Shown in pieces: positions 39,201 to 54,200 of a DNA stretch of 64,000 bases. The DNA is from Hydrolagus affinis (lineage: Eukaryota): NCBI GenBank assembly GCA_012026655.1, contig JAAILG010000946.1, positions 1 to 64,000 on the forward strand, in the 5' to 3' direction. Both the position numbers and the translations under genes were made by a program. Position 1 is the first letter of the stretch, and each line of letters begins with the position of its first letter. A model generated the notes under the pieces. It saw only the letters and a program-made list of their open reading frames with translations. It searched no databases and was not told the DNA's origin.

Positions 39201-42200
39201 AAAGGGAGTCTTACCAACCACCATAATAATAAGGTGCAAAACTTCTTCCAATAGACTGACATTCTGCTTAATCTCATCCTGCAAAACAAAATTACATCAT
39301 TGGTAGGAACCTTCACTTCAAATTTTCTTTGTTGAACAAAGTCATTTCCTACTATCTATTAACAATAGCAATAAGCGCTGTAAGTCGTCAAGACATCTAA
39401 AAGCTCTTCACAGAATGTACTGTAAAGTGGATTGGTTATGCACTTTATCAAGTAAATTAACATTGTGTGGCGATATTGCCTTAAAAAAACAAAAACATAG
39501 AACTGAAAATGTCTAATTCTTTAAACACTTGCTCCATAAGAATCTACTTAAAATTGGATCTTCCAAAAGGACTAAAGTAGTTTTCTGTGGCCCTGCACAT
39601 TTCTGTCTTCCTATAAGTTTAATATCAACGCTTTTTGTTCAGCAATTTGGAACCAAGGTCCAACCTGTCCTGTGATCTGGGTCATTTAATGTGAAGTGCT
39701 TTGAGACGTCTAGAAGATGTGAAAAGCTCTATATCAAATAGTAGAATTATTATTATTATTACTTAAAAATCCCATGGCAGGATTTGGATGAAGAGTAGGG
39801 ATTTCTCCCTTCTCACTACGAACATGATCAAATAGTTGATTAGATCAAACATGAAGAATCACTTGAATGAGGTAATGAGAATTACTTCCACCACCTGTGG
39901 AAATAAGCCCCAGCATTGCATGACCACCCTCAGGAAGAACAGTCCAATCTCCCCGAGATCACTCCAACTGCTGATAACACTTGAATTATCACCCTCTCGT
40001 CCTGCTCTTGTCCCTACCTAACTGTACAGCACCTTGGGACGTCCTCTTGACATGAAAGGCTCTATATAAATGGAAGTTTTGAGGAGTGGATAGGGATGGA
40101 GCTTTGTCACATTTGATCAGATATCAGATACTATGTGCCAGTGTGATAATAATCCTAGCATTTGATATAGCATCTTATCACATCGTTGAGACATCTCAAG
40201 GTGTTTTACAGGTTTTTTTTCAACTATAAAATGGTACAGCTGTATTTTGTGGGCGAACGCAGCAGCCAATGTGTACACAACAATATTCAACAAACAGACA
40301 TTTAAAAGCTATTTACAGTTACCCATTTCGGTCTCAATGGTTTAACATATCAATTCCCTGATCAATGGACCCCTCTCCTCCCAATGCTGACAGCGTCACT
40401 GCTGATTTTGGGGAAGAACCGAATGTGTCGATTAAACTATCTGTGAGAGTTGTGGCAACTGGACACTTACCTTGTTTTTGGGAATCGAGTGCTTACTAAA
40501 GTCTTCAAACAGTTCAAACTTGTTCAGGACCAACATTAGGAAATGGTTTGGATCCATCAAAGAGGCACCAATCTGGAAGAGGAAACAGTTTTGACTCCTA
40601 TAGCACAGATCCATAATTCTGTACAGTAGAGACACGATTATTCTCAATGACTGGGACTGGCCCATTGTGGATAAGCCTCCCTCCACCACTTCCCCACTCT
40701 GATCCCCTTTCCTCCCTTCCTCATTCTGACCTCCTCTACTCCCATCCCCACTCTGATCTCCTTTCCTCCCTTCCCCACTTGGTCTTGGTCAGAGAGCAAT
40801 TGAACCCAAACTCACAGAGCCTCTTGATAATGCAGGATACCCTCAAAGTGAAACCTATTAATGTAGCCCTGAAATGCCTTGAATATTTGTGTTTGGTAGG
40901 CTTGGCCGTTTAACATCATGTACAATTGTGTGTTACTGCAAAATATTTCAAAGTTATCTTTTAAACTTGCCAGTTCATACCTGTAGCATGACAATGTCTT
41001 TATCAAACATCTCTTCTCTCCATTTGGCACTTCGGTAGCAAAACACCTTAAGGAAAAAAAGTAAAATCAATGTTGCTACCTCATCTCAGTTGTGGTGGTC
41101 TGTGTAATAATAAATAACAACAACAAAATTACATTGGTATAGCGTCTTTCACGTCGAGAGGACTTCCCAAGGCACTGGACAGTCAGTGTTTTGAACCCGA
41201 TCTGGGGTCTGAGTGGAGGAGGCAAGGATTATTATTGTTAACTTTTCTGAGAGTTTTTTCAATGTTTGTTCTTTGAACAATTTCCTTAAATTCTTCTTTA
41301 CTACTTCCAACTTCGTCACTTATTACATATTTGCCCTGTTCCTCTACAAACACACATACACAATCACGCGCTGAGTCGAACTTATGACATGAACAGCAGG
41401 AAATTCAAATGCAAGGATAATTATTGCTTTATTTTACCTTTTAGCTTTAAGAAAATGTCTTGCCTATTTGGAAGTCATCACGCTGTTCTACTAGTACTTA
41501 AAACAGCCTCCAAATGGCTAATAGTAAGCTGCAAAGGTCTGGGTATTCTTAGTGTCTTAAACATGCAGAATAACAACTAAGATTACTCAAACCACTGAGT
41601 TTCACACAGGGTGAACAGGATATGTTCTTCCGGGGAGAGTGTTGTCTGGGAAGGATTGCACTCTGCTTACCTAATCCCACTTTAGGTTGGCATGAGCCAA
41701 GGTTAAGGGACCTAGGATCTGTGTTTCCCCACCACTGTCCTTTGTGGCTCAGAAAGACTGAGCGCAAACAGTTCCTATTAAAACTCAGTGCTTTGCCTCC
41801 ACACAAAAAAACGTTTGACCGTTGTCATAATGGGTTGTGTAAGGAAAAGATCTGCTGGCCATCAATTCTGGATCCAATTCAATTCTAGCCTGGTTGTTGC
41901 TGACATCAGTAGACCATGCTATGTGGGTGCAGGGCCAACTGAAAGCCAGCTGCTCATCAGCAAGCAATCTCTCCAGCATTTCCAGTGTTTCTTGCAATAC
42001 CACTGACTTTAGGAAACCTTTTATACACCACAAGCTACAAGTAAAAAGCCCATTAGTCAATAGCAAAAGTGTACCACAGTGTACCAAGTGTCACCATGAC
42101 ACCAACTGTTCAACATAAACCTAGGGTAGTGCAATGCTTTACACTTAGTCTCCCTCCCCACTATAGCAGTTGAAATCAAGAATTTAGTCTAATGGGTCTA

Positions 42201-45200
42201 ATAAATCTAATAAATCCTTGCATTTGATATGATTTAATGTGAACCCATGTCCTCTCATTCCAGAGTCAGACAAGTAGAATTTCCCATTAAAAGTGGCAAA
42301 AGAGTAACTCTTCTTACCCCATTTCGCACATAACACAAAGGAATTATTTCCACAATACCTGATTGACTAAAGAAAAGCCATTTCTTCTCCACATATCAGC
42401 TGAGACCTGAGATACCAGCACCAAGCAACGCAATGGATATTCCATCAGTTTCTCTACTTGGAATCTCGACTGTAACAATGAGCACATTAACATGGGGTTA
42501 GTTAAATGCAGAAGCACGCAAGTGGAACTCAAACTACTGAAAAGAACTAAAATGTTTTACGTCACTTTACTTACTGAAGGCACATACTCTTCCAACTTGT
42601 CAACTGCTCCACTCCTACTCAGATGTGTATGTAAACCTGAAACACAATAATGCTGAGATCTTAACATATTGTTAGAACAGGTTGCACACAAAATTACATA
42701 TACCGTAAAGCATATACTGTAAAGTAAATTAACTGTACAACTTGTGTGTGAAATGAGTGCAGCACAGTAGTGTCCCACAAACGGTTGTGAATTGAATGAT
42801 CAAATTATTATTATTTTTATGCCCAATCCAGTGTGAGCTCTGCAGCCTGTGCGATTCTGCTGATTTCTTCCAATCACAACCTTATCTTGCTTGGAATTTG
42901 AAATGTGCTGTTGATTTTGAGGTTGAGGCTATTCTGAAACCTACCTGCAAGAAGCCGCGACAATGGAAGGTGGATGCTGATGGGCTCTCGAGACACGACA
43001 CAGCTGACTGAGTGGCCACACAAGTTCAGCGTGGCTGTCTGCTTCTTTGTATTGCAATGAATAAGATCATTAGAACACTGAGATAGAACACTATGGCACT
43101 CCTTGTAGGCACGAAGAAGAACTTGCTCCTGTTTTCAAACAGAATTTTTAGAATCAAAACCAGAACAGCTTTTCACGTATGTAAAGAAAATAAACTGAAG
43201 TACAAATTAGGAATTGCTGCTATTTTTACTGTTAGCCTGCAATACCAATTTAACTTGACATTTAAAACTCTGCAAAATTGTAGAAAAGTCTTAAATATTT
43301 TCTTATTTAGAAAGTTGGTTCTTTTCGGGAACTGGTGAAAAGAAACTTCCAAATTAAATTTAAGACTTAATTTAAGAATTTTCCACCATTATGTGGAAAC
43401 ACACATTATACGACAAATTGTTCTTACGGGCTAGGAGGAATATTGGGTCTCTGACTTCAAGTGGTGGGGGGGGAAATTAAGCTAAAGTAGCTATCAATAT
43501 TAAACAGTTTATTCCTTCTGGATAAAATTAGAGTGGGTTCACTGGATGCTACCATGCATCTTTTTCTTGGTCAGATTAACAACGTCAGTATAGAGTTGGG
43601 ATCACAGATCCTGCCTGACTTCTGAGCTACAGGATGAATATGCAGAAAATGGGAGTGGAGGGGGAATATGTATAAAAATCGCAAACAAATGCCTATCATA
43701 TATGCATGTACACAGCAGCAGTTGGGGCCACCATAAAACCCAGCGTTAAAGCAACCGAGATTCCTACTCATAATCAATATGCTTCTTGAAGGTGAGGACT
43801 TTAGGCAGGGACAGTATCAAGCTTGACTGAGATAGTTTCCACAGTGGAATAACCTCCCAACACTCGCTATCGGGAGACACATATGAATCACTGAGTGAGT
43901 TAACAAAGGGTGACTGACATCTGTGGAAACACACCCCAGTAGAAATGATGAAATGGGGAGGAAAAAAACTGAGTCAAAGACCTTTAAGAGAGGTGCATGG
44001 GATAGGAAAAACAACAACAACTTAAACTTATAAAGCGCTTTTCACGTCGGGAGGACGTCGCAAGGCGCTGCACAGGAGGCGTGTGACCTGAGCTGGGAGG
44101 GGAGTGTTCGGGAAGGGGTGAAACACGTAGGGGAGGTCGAAAAATTCGGGGGGGATCAAAAGGCACGGTGGAAGAGAAAAGTCTTCAAACTGGCCTTGAA
44201 AGAGGAAAGGGAAGAAACAAGGTGGAGGGATTGGGGGATGGAATTCCACAGGGTGGGAGCAGAGAAACTGAAGGCCCGGCCTCCGATGGTGGGGCGGTTC
44301 GGGACGGGGGCTTGGAGCAGGCCAATTCCTGCTGAATGGAGGGTCCGGGTGGGCTTATAGGGGGGAGAGTAAATCGGTTAAATAGGGAGGGGCGAGGCCG
44401 TGTAAGGCCTTGAAGGTGAGGACGAGGATCTTGAACTCGATCCTTTGGAGGATGGGGAGCCAGTGGAGACGGGCGAGGGTGGGGGTTATGTGGTCGCGGA
44501 GGCGGGTGCAGGATAGTACACGGGCTGCAGAGTTTTGGATGACCTGCAGCCTGTGAATGGAGGAGCTGGGGAGGCTGACGAGGAGAGAGTTTCCGTAGTC
44601 CAGCCGTGAGGTGATGTACGCGTACACGAGTGTTTTTGGCAGCGTGGGGGGTGAGATAGTTGAAATAGAAAAAATTGGAGGAGCAGAATTAACAGGACAG
44701 AAAATATGGGGTTTTGACTTTCTCTGCTGAGCTGTGAGAGCTGCAGCATGTGTAGTATTTTTATGTGGGGAAGAGAATGAGGAAGATTGTGGTTACTTAC
44801 ATCAGACGCACACCATTCCTGCATCATCAACAGAATAAATTTGAGGAACATCTGAACAGTGAAAGCTGGCTCCCAATCTGGCTCGATTTCAACGTGCTGT
44901 CCAAATTGTCTGTATACTGGTTCCATACCCTGGCAACACAGAGGGGCAACCACAACTTAGTACTTCTGAAAAATATTCACCTCAACAAAATGCAATTTTA
45001 TCGTGATGAGCAAAATCAGCAGGGTTGTTTATATTATATAAAAATAACTTCAAAATAGCAAGAGCTAAACTGCGATCTGGAATACAGTAAACTCCTGATA
45101 ACTCTTCCTTAATTTACCACTTAAGGCATCCTGCTATCGATATTCCTATCAGGAATTTACTGATGTATTTAGACATATATTTAACTTGCTTCTCAGGATA

Positions 45201-48200
45201 ACTCGTCACTGAACCCTTTTCCCTTGAAGTGCCAAATGATCAGATTTGCTTTAAACAACAAAATTATATTTGTATAGCGCCTTTCATGTCGTGAGGATAT
45301 ACCACACACACTCGCGAGTAGCTTCCCCTTGGATAGAGAAGGGAAATAAAATCAGCTGAGGTTTCTGCTCCTACATTTTTTTTAGTGACCCTTGTTGGAG
45401 GTACGTACGTTATAGTGATTGGTGAGAACAGAACCTGCCTTGGCTTTGACCGGCACACAATAAATACCCATATGTGCAAATCATTTTATTTGGGGTCAAT
45501 GCATATTAATTGGGAGGGAGTATGAAAGCTGAGGCTATTTGGAGAATCTTCCTCCTGTTCTTGGAAGATCAGATAATTCAGTAGAGAATGGGATTGATCC
45601 TGAGACCTTCTTTATCTGTGGCTCACTTCAGCACGGTGTAGTAGCTCTGATAGACAGACAGGCATCTAGACAATTATCCTTTAATAATTTAAAGTTTGTG
45701 ACACTGAAAAGAAACGTATTGGAATTTAACTGTGATTTACCTGAATAGACTTTAGGAGTCTCAAAAAAATATTAAACCCCTCGAGGAAACGGTCTCTCCT
45801 TCTGTCTGTCCACAACGGTGGCTTGCTGATCAACACATACCTGTAAACGAGGAAGAGAAACATCACAATCTTGGGGAGAGAGAAAAAACAACTGCCGTTA
45901 ATCTCCTTTCACAAGAAATTGTGACTGACATCTCTGACCCTCAACAACACACCAGAGATTGGCTAACAAGCCAGACTAAAAGTTAACCAGAGAGCTATGC
46001 GCTTATAAGAATAAATTCAAACTACACTCGAAGCTGCTTAAGCTGGACACATGGGGGTGACTGTTTTGTCCGGCTTAAGTGGCATCCTAGGTTAACCAAA
46101 GTTTTTCCCGCCCAGCCAACTACTGCACAGTAAGGGGACCAATTAGCGGCGATTCTGAGGTTATTGACAGCCTGGGGCTTTCCATATTTAACCAATAAAA
46201 TAGCTGAGAATACAAATCAGTCAAGCCCCAGCGTTTTGTCAGCGTTAACTGATGTCCAGCTAAAGTGGCTTCCACTGCATTTCCGTATCCACACTGGGGC
46301 AGGTCCCAAATCAGATAGAAATGAGGTCCACTACTGTACACGTAGTCATCACCGACCAACCAACTATCAAATACAATCAGTCTATCAAACTCCTAGCATT
46401 TGTTGATAAATCTGATAATCTGTGAACAAGCCAATTGGTTCCAAAGGCAACGCAGGTGGCAGCCTAGTACAAAGAAGGGTGACTGGATTGTGGAGTCATA
46501 CGTACTTCAGGTCATTCAAGACTATTTCATTTCGGAAGTATTTATGCTGGGACTGAGTCTGAAAATGAAGCTTGCCATTTTCCATGTGCTCAGACCACAG
46601 CTCGATGATGGTCTCAGTAATGATTTTCAGCGCATCGTGTTCTTCAATCAGATGTCGAGCCTATGAATATGGGAACAGATCTGATCAGCCACTTGGTGTT
46701 GGAATACTTGAAATTACACATTCACTTCCCAGGAAGTAGGAAAATGGAAAAGTGGGGTATTGGGTGCGAGGGATGAATTTGGATGGGTGGGAGTTCATGT
46801 GGAGTACGCACAGACTAGTTGAGTTAGTTGGTCTGTTCTGGTGGTGTGGATTCTGTGTAGTTCCTCTAACTCTTTGCTCTCCTTTTTGGATTTTCTCCCA
46901 TGACCTCAGATCATGAGCTTTCTATTGACCTCAAATCTAGTTACAGAGCGCCTTTCAGGTCGGAAGGACATCCCGAGGTCCTGGACAGTTGAGGGTTTGC
47001 ATCTGATCTGGGGGTGTGGAATCAAGAGGGATGGGGAGGGCGCAGGGGAAGAAATGGGATGTGGAAAGTATCCAAAAGAACGATCATAAAGGAAAATCTT
47101 GAGATGGTGGCAAAGCAGAGATGAAGTTCCAGAGGATAGAGACAAAAAAGCTGTAAGCCCACTGTCAATGGTGGGGTGGGCAGCAAAGAAGACACAGGCC
47201 ATTACCTGCCAAGTGGAGATAGGATAGAGCAAGGCCATGGAGGGCGTTAAAAGTGGGGATGAGGATATTAAACTTGATCCCTGAGGACAGTGGAGCTGGG
47301 CCATTTCATTTCACGGAGCTTGGTACGGGAGAGGACATGAGCTGGAGTGTTCTGAATAATATCTGAATTCCCAAGCCCACTGAATAAACTCCAATAAGTT
47401 TTCAGAACTCTTGCTTTACTTACCAGTGTTGGAACAGTAAATATTTGAACAGAGAGTGTAGTCACAGATATATTTCGATCTTGATCATCCTCCACAAACT
47501 CAAGCTGCAGCTGCTTGTAGTGCTGTTAAACACAAATATCAAGGGTCAGACAAATAAAACTTGAGCAGACATTTCTTATCAGCACTGAAATCAAGGTGTG
47601 TGATTGTGTTCTTTCTAACAGCATTTTTTATGACTATGACACAGGTATTGTTTTTGTCTTGTCAATTTTCTCTCGCCCTCTCTCTCCACCTTGTAGTATT
47701 ATATAATACAGGTACCCCGCCCCAACCGTGGTTTTTTCTACCACAAATTTCACTAGGAATCAGTTGCATCAACCAGCCACGATGTCGCTTCGCGCTAGCG
47801 TTTGGCGCTAGGACTCAGTTGCGATGTTGCAATCAACCAGCCACAATGTCGCTTCTCTCTTAGGATTAAGGTAAATAACATGAATTTATTGTTTTTTATA
47901 TTCTTTTTTATTGTGTTATTTGAACATTTATTGTTTTTGTTAGGTTATTGTGTTTTTTTTTTGTAAAAGATCAAGCAACTTATTCCCCCTATCCCAATGT
48001 TTCCCATAGGGCCTTGTATTTCCCAACCACGGTCTTACTAACTACGGGGGGTTTCAGGAACGTATCCCCCGCAGTTGGGGAGGGGTACCTGTACACAGTA
48101 TTGAAACACTGATATTCATCTGTGAAGTTCCAAAACAAAAAGACCAAATTACACAATACTCTTTCATAGCCTTCAACTGATTTCTTGCAGTAAATAGCTA

Positions 48201-51200
48201 TCCAATTTCCTCTAGTATTTTCTCAAACTCATCTACAAATCTACAGACTGTTCCTCTTTAGAACAAGAACATGTCTCCTGATATCTTAGCCAACAATCTC
48301 CCAGATAAAACTGGTCACTTTGTGACTGTGGGAAATTATTGTGTGCTGTTGGGACATCCTCACGACATGAAAGGCGCTCGACAAATGTAATTTTGTTGTT
48401 TGTGTTGTTTTTGTTGTGTGCAATTTGTCTGCCATATTCACCTACAAAATGCTGTCACTACATCCTGTGAAGCACTTTTAAACAGTTTGATGCATTGGGT
48501 GACATATTAAGTACCATATCAAAATCATGGAATATAATACACTGTCCAGAACTGTAATATAACCAATCAACTAAGGTCACAAGGATATGAATAGTATCTG
48601 GAAAGAACAAGACTTGTATGTATTCTACATTAAATGTTATAACTATATCACGCATGGAATATTTAGCTTAAAAAGATTTACCTTAATAAATTCTATAGCA
48701 AAAAGCCGCTTGTATTCCGTTTCCATCAACAAACTGGACACTATAAGTTCATGGAAGGCTTTTCGTGCCCCTACAAATTAAAAAAAAATGCACGTAATCT
48801 GAGTATCACTCATACAGCTTTTTTTTAAAAAAACTGCATTTATCAGAATAGATCAGTGAGTAGAATTTTTAAATGTCACACGACACACAGTAATTAGGTT
48901 ACTTATATTTTGCAGACAAAGCCACTTTGCTTTGTCAATTTGATTAATTTACTAACCTTTCCACAGTTTGACATCTGACAACATTAGCCTGCTGATGAAG
49001 CAAGGCTGATCCGATGCAGGCACCTGGTGAAGAGCCAGGTCACAGAAAATCTGACGTAAACCCGCTGCAACGAAAACAAAAGTCTATTCAAAATAATGCT
49101 CTTATAAAAAGTTTATGGAACGCATCACATCCCATGTACGTAGACCTTGATGTAGACCAAGTTTTGTCCATGCGTGAATCTTACAGCATCAGTTTTCACT
49201 GATCGCCAACGACTGAAGAACAATAAGCGAGGCTAAGCTACGGTTGAATAGGTGATTTCCCCCAGCATCGACGGTAATTAAGCTGGTGGAGACCGAGGAA
49301 TAAAGTACAACCTCAGAGGTTTTGTGTGCATGGATGCTGCAATCCACCATCGCTAAACACATAAGCAAGTAAAGCAACCATCCACCCATCATACTCAGTA
49401 TGAGAACAGGGAAGTAATCTGTTTGCCTGCACTCTTCGGCCTTTGGTCACCCTTCTTTCCCTAACCTCCCAGCCCTCACCCCTCCTAAACCCAACTCCCA
49501 GCTCAGATCCATTTACTTACCAAAATCATAGTTTTGAAGCAGCATTTTGAAGGGAGCTTTGGATACGTAACATAGATCTCTGGCTCTCTGAACCCACACC
49601 CCTCAGTTGTTAGCGACTTACAGCTCCTTCTTCTACATTAAACAAGACTAAAATATCCATTAAATTTTAATATACTGAAAACTTAGGACTTGCCTGAGAA
49701 ACCAATCATGTGGTTAAGCCAAGACAGAAGACGGAATGCAAAGGTCTGATGAGAAACAATAGTCGAGTGAAGGATCTCAACACGAAGAGGAGACTGGAAC
49801 ACACTGTTAGTGATATTCTGAAACAAGGATTAATACAGGTTAGTTTGGCAATTAGGCTATTTTAATAACCCGTTATTTGCATTTCCATCAACGGCCTCTA
49901 AAACCACTTGCAAAAACTCTTGATGAGATTGTAAGAACAACATCTATAACAAGAGAGTTACGTTAGTAACAAGAGATAATTGATGACTTTGTCAATGATG
50001 GTCAAATACAGAAAATCCAGGATACAATATGTTTTATGGACAGCTCCCAAAGGCACAGCACCAGAGTTTTATAAACTCTTTTATAAACAAAGCATGTGGA
50101 GATTACTGGGACTGATGAGAACAGAAACAAACTGTAATGTAGTCAGTGGGACAGAATGCACGTACACCAGTGTTTGGAAAACACAGTGCAATCCTCAATG
50201 AACAGCTGTAAACAATTAATTAGAATTCTGCAAAGAAAATATAAACCCTACTCATCTGCTTGACTATTTGTAGACAGGAAAGAGAAAATTTGAGACAAAG
50301 AGGTTGCTAGGTTTAATCTTGGTCTTAACCTCAACCATGGACAAGGGTGGGGGAAGACTCATTTGGCTTACAAATCACAGACCAAGGGAATAGGAGAATC
50401 GACGGTCCCCATCAGTCACCACTGATCACCACTCCATCCCTGAATCCCTCTGACTCACCCCCTCACTTGCTTCCATCAAGACCTTGCTCTTTGACCGTGG
50501 CTTTGACAAACTCCCACCCACCCTCCTGATCTCAAACTCCCATCCACCCTCCTGATCTCAAACCCCAGCTTGGTTCAAAATCCCCGACTGTCCAGCGTCT
50601 TGGGGCATCCTTGGGACATCAGAGGCGCTATACAAATGTAATTTGTTGTTGCTCTCAAACACAAGTGTTTGTGAAGCTGAGTAATTTTTATACAATTGCC
50701 TTGTAGCTTGTTTGATCATGGCTGCCTGCTCGCAGCTATACTCTGAGCACTAAACAGCAGTCAGAACTCCCCATCCATGAACATACAATCCGGCTTTCTG
50801 GCTGTCAGCAATGCTAAATATATTCTGTCCCCATCATATCCAGGTAATTAATATTAATAATCCTTGCATTTGATATAGCACTTTTCACATCTTTAAGATG
50901 TCTCAAAGCGCTTCACAGAATAAATTGTAAAGTGAATTGACTATACATTTGTGGGCAGAACGCGGCAGCAATTGCGCACAGCAGTGTCCCACAAATTGTA
51001 GTGGATTGAAATGACTAATTTTTATTAATGTGTGTTTTTTTGGAGGGATTGTTATTGGGCGTGTGGAGTACGGAAACATGCCTAAGTTTTCGCCCTGACC
51101 TGCCTGGATTCGAACACAGGTCTCACGCTTGTAAGGCGAGTGCTCTAACCACTGAGCTACAGGACTCCATATCGAATACATTTGTAAATTTAAACCATAT

Positions 51201-54200
51201 TGGATCATATTCACAGAAATTCAGTGGAAACATTAAAACAGATCAGAATAAAAACTATTTTCCTACAAGTACGTTTGAAGTTTAAAATAGCTGACTTCCC
51301 AAAATGATGAAAAAAATGCAACAATTCTGAAAGATTTTGTTGCATTATGCCACATTTGTGGCACCTGAGGATTTGAGTACCTGTGATGAAATGGATTTTA
51401 AAGTAAACAGAATAGTCTGGTCTCACTTACAAAGACCTCTTGTTTTGTTTCTTGACATGACTGCAATGTTCCATGCTTTATAACACGGCGGCCCTAAAAA
51501 AAAAGAGACAAAAAAAAACAATGAACAAAGGAACAGATCAGAGCACAGATTGTAGACAATACAGTGAACTCCAGAACGTGTTGAGTAGGTTTCATCGGCA
51601 AATGTGACACCAGGTAATTCAGCCATTTACAAGAAAACGCCTACCTCTTTATCTACCACCCAGGTGTAATTCTCAGCTTCTTTCTGGGAACAACCTAGCG
51701 ACCTCTGCAGTGAATAAATGACATGGTCAAAGGAATGATCCTCATCGTTAAACAGCACACAGAAATAAGAGTCCGTCTTCTCCCTTGAAAGAAAAATAAA
51801 TCTTACGTTATTACTTTTTCCACTCAACGGTACAACAGACTGATCCCATTCACACAATCTTCCAGCAGGAATCAGGTCTTTCCGCCTCCCTAGCCCCGAT
51901 AATTACAAGGATAATTATAGCACTTCCGCAGCTGTCCCAACTGAGATCAGATGACTCAGTACAGACCCTCGATCAACAACAACTTGTATTTATGTTGTTC
52001 TGATGAAGGATCGTGCACCCGAAACATTGACTCACTTTCCTTTCTCTATAGATGCTGCCTGACCTACTCAGCGCTCCCAATCATTTCTGTTTTTGTTTCA
52101 GATTCCCAGCATCTGCGGTATTTTGCATTTTTGTGCCCGTCTCAGAACGGTACAGGGTGAAACCCAGGACCTTCGAGATTTGCACGGCTCAGTTTCACAC
52201 TGGCCAGCAACTTTACAATAATCCTTACACCTTTACTAACATCAGGAGGACAACCATATCTTCATAACCTACACTCTATTTACCGCAACGCAGGGTAGCT
52301 ACAAGATAGTGGAAACAGCTCTTTACATAGTATTGCATACCTTGGCTGTAGTTCCAGAGGTAGCTCTTTGTCCTCAGTCCAGATTAACATATCCACCAGG
52401 TACCTGAAGATGATATCAAACAAATGCTGGGCTCGTTCTGCTACACCCACGGGTATTTGGCTTGCATGATTCTGTGGAGAGACATTATGTTTTAGAACAG
52501 CAAGCTCTGCTCTCTCTCTCATCTTACCTGGATTGCGTGACATTATTATTATTAATAAGGGTTATTACCCTGGAAAAGCAATCCACTAATCGACCAACGA
52601 ATGAGTTCCTATATACTGCCAGGTAGACGGAGGTGTGTGGAGTAAGGAAACTTGCGAAAGATTCATCCTGCCCGGGAATCGAACCCACCAGATTCTCTCC
52701 TTGTGAGGCAAATGCTCTAACCAAAATGCTGCATGACTCTAGGTTACACAACAACAACAAATTACATTTGTATAGCGCCTTTCACAGCGGGAGGGTATCC
52801 CGAGGCGCTGAACACTGTGTCTCATTGAAGTTGTCTCATTGAAACAATCTGGGATGTATTATTTTTGCAAAGAACCAATTTTCTTGAGGAAACTTTGTAG
52901 AATTTTAGCATGACAGCATTAGAATTGCGTCAGTGAAATGTGACTGACTACAGTTCATTGACTGGTTAAAATGATTAGGTACAGTATATGCGAACCCCAT
53001 TTGAACTGCAACTTGCCAAATAGCTCTTAGTGAGTTACAAAACAGGCTGCAAATTTCTCTGGGAAATACTCCAGGAAAATATGATTCAATCAGACAAACC
53101 AGATGTCTTTAGTTTATTGCTAATGAATGCTATGTTTTTATTGTGAAACACAAGTAGATAGTGTTCTTAAAGAGGCAGTTCAAATCTGTGGTTAACAGTT
53201 TGAGCCCCATATCAGGTTGTGTATGGACTCCCACCATCTGGTATTAACCTCACAGTTGAGGATGATACTCCAGAGATCACTACATTGTCGCTCTTAAGGT
53301 CTTTTGAACCCTTAGCAATTTGTCAGCTAGTTTCAGGTGAATATATTAAAGATCTATGATTGTTCACCTCAAAACAGTCTGTTGGACCTTCCAGTCACAT
53401 GTATATACTGAAACAGTAATTACACCCGTCGGTAATTATTTGTGGAGCATTTTGTGATAAGGCAATGCTATTAAAATGTTCTTTCTTGCTGCAATGCCTT
53501 TGCCCACAAGGTCACGCGGCGGGCGGGTGGGGGGAAGAGAGACGAAGACTTGGAAACGAACCAACGCTGTTCTGCAATCCCGGATATGTTCAGATGGAAA
53601 AGATAAAATTCTGCAAATGCGTGTGCAAGGTTTAAATTCTAATTGCTGTTCAGAATTATTCTGAGTCACGCTAAACAGCAATTATCAAGAATTCCTATAA
53701 AAAAAACTACACTCTAAAGGCACAATATAAAGATACCTTCCCAAAATTTGAACAAAGTGTTCAGCCAAAGCATTAATGATCAATCTCCTTAACTCTGTCA
53801 TCTCCTCCAGCCCTTTTCATCTCCACTATTTGACCTCCAACCCAGCATCACTAGCCAATAGTAGTAGACAATGCCTTCAATTAACACCGAGATTCCACTT
53901 CCTCTCGCTAACCTACAGTTCCTCACCGGAGCTCGGACGCAGCATTAAACAAATCTTTCTCGACAGATGCTGTTTGATTTGCTGTGGATTGCCAGCAATT
54001 CAGGTTTTCTGTCCGATTTTCAATATTTCCAGCTTAGTTTTTAATTTCTTTCTCCAATTTCAAAAATCTTGGAACATCCTATTGAATACCACTGCGGAAG
54101 CTGTGTCACCACAAGGACTGGATAGATCTGATAAGAGGACCCACCACTACCCCAGGGAACCTGCCAACGTTGCCCACATCCCAAGAGGGAGTAAAAAGAA

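Noticed and set aside
45085-45162. 78-bp mini-MITE with 16-bp TIRs
   Set aside because: The TIR match is real but the right-hand TA duplication is missing; at most a decayed relic.
51095-51168. tRNA-Val(TAC)-like gene on the - strand (also at ~925-998)
   Set aside because: The stems are mismatched, the anticodon varies among copies, and it is always fused to the SINE body, so it is a SINE head and not a tRNA gene.
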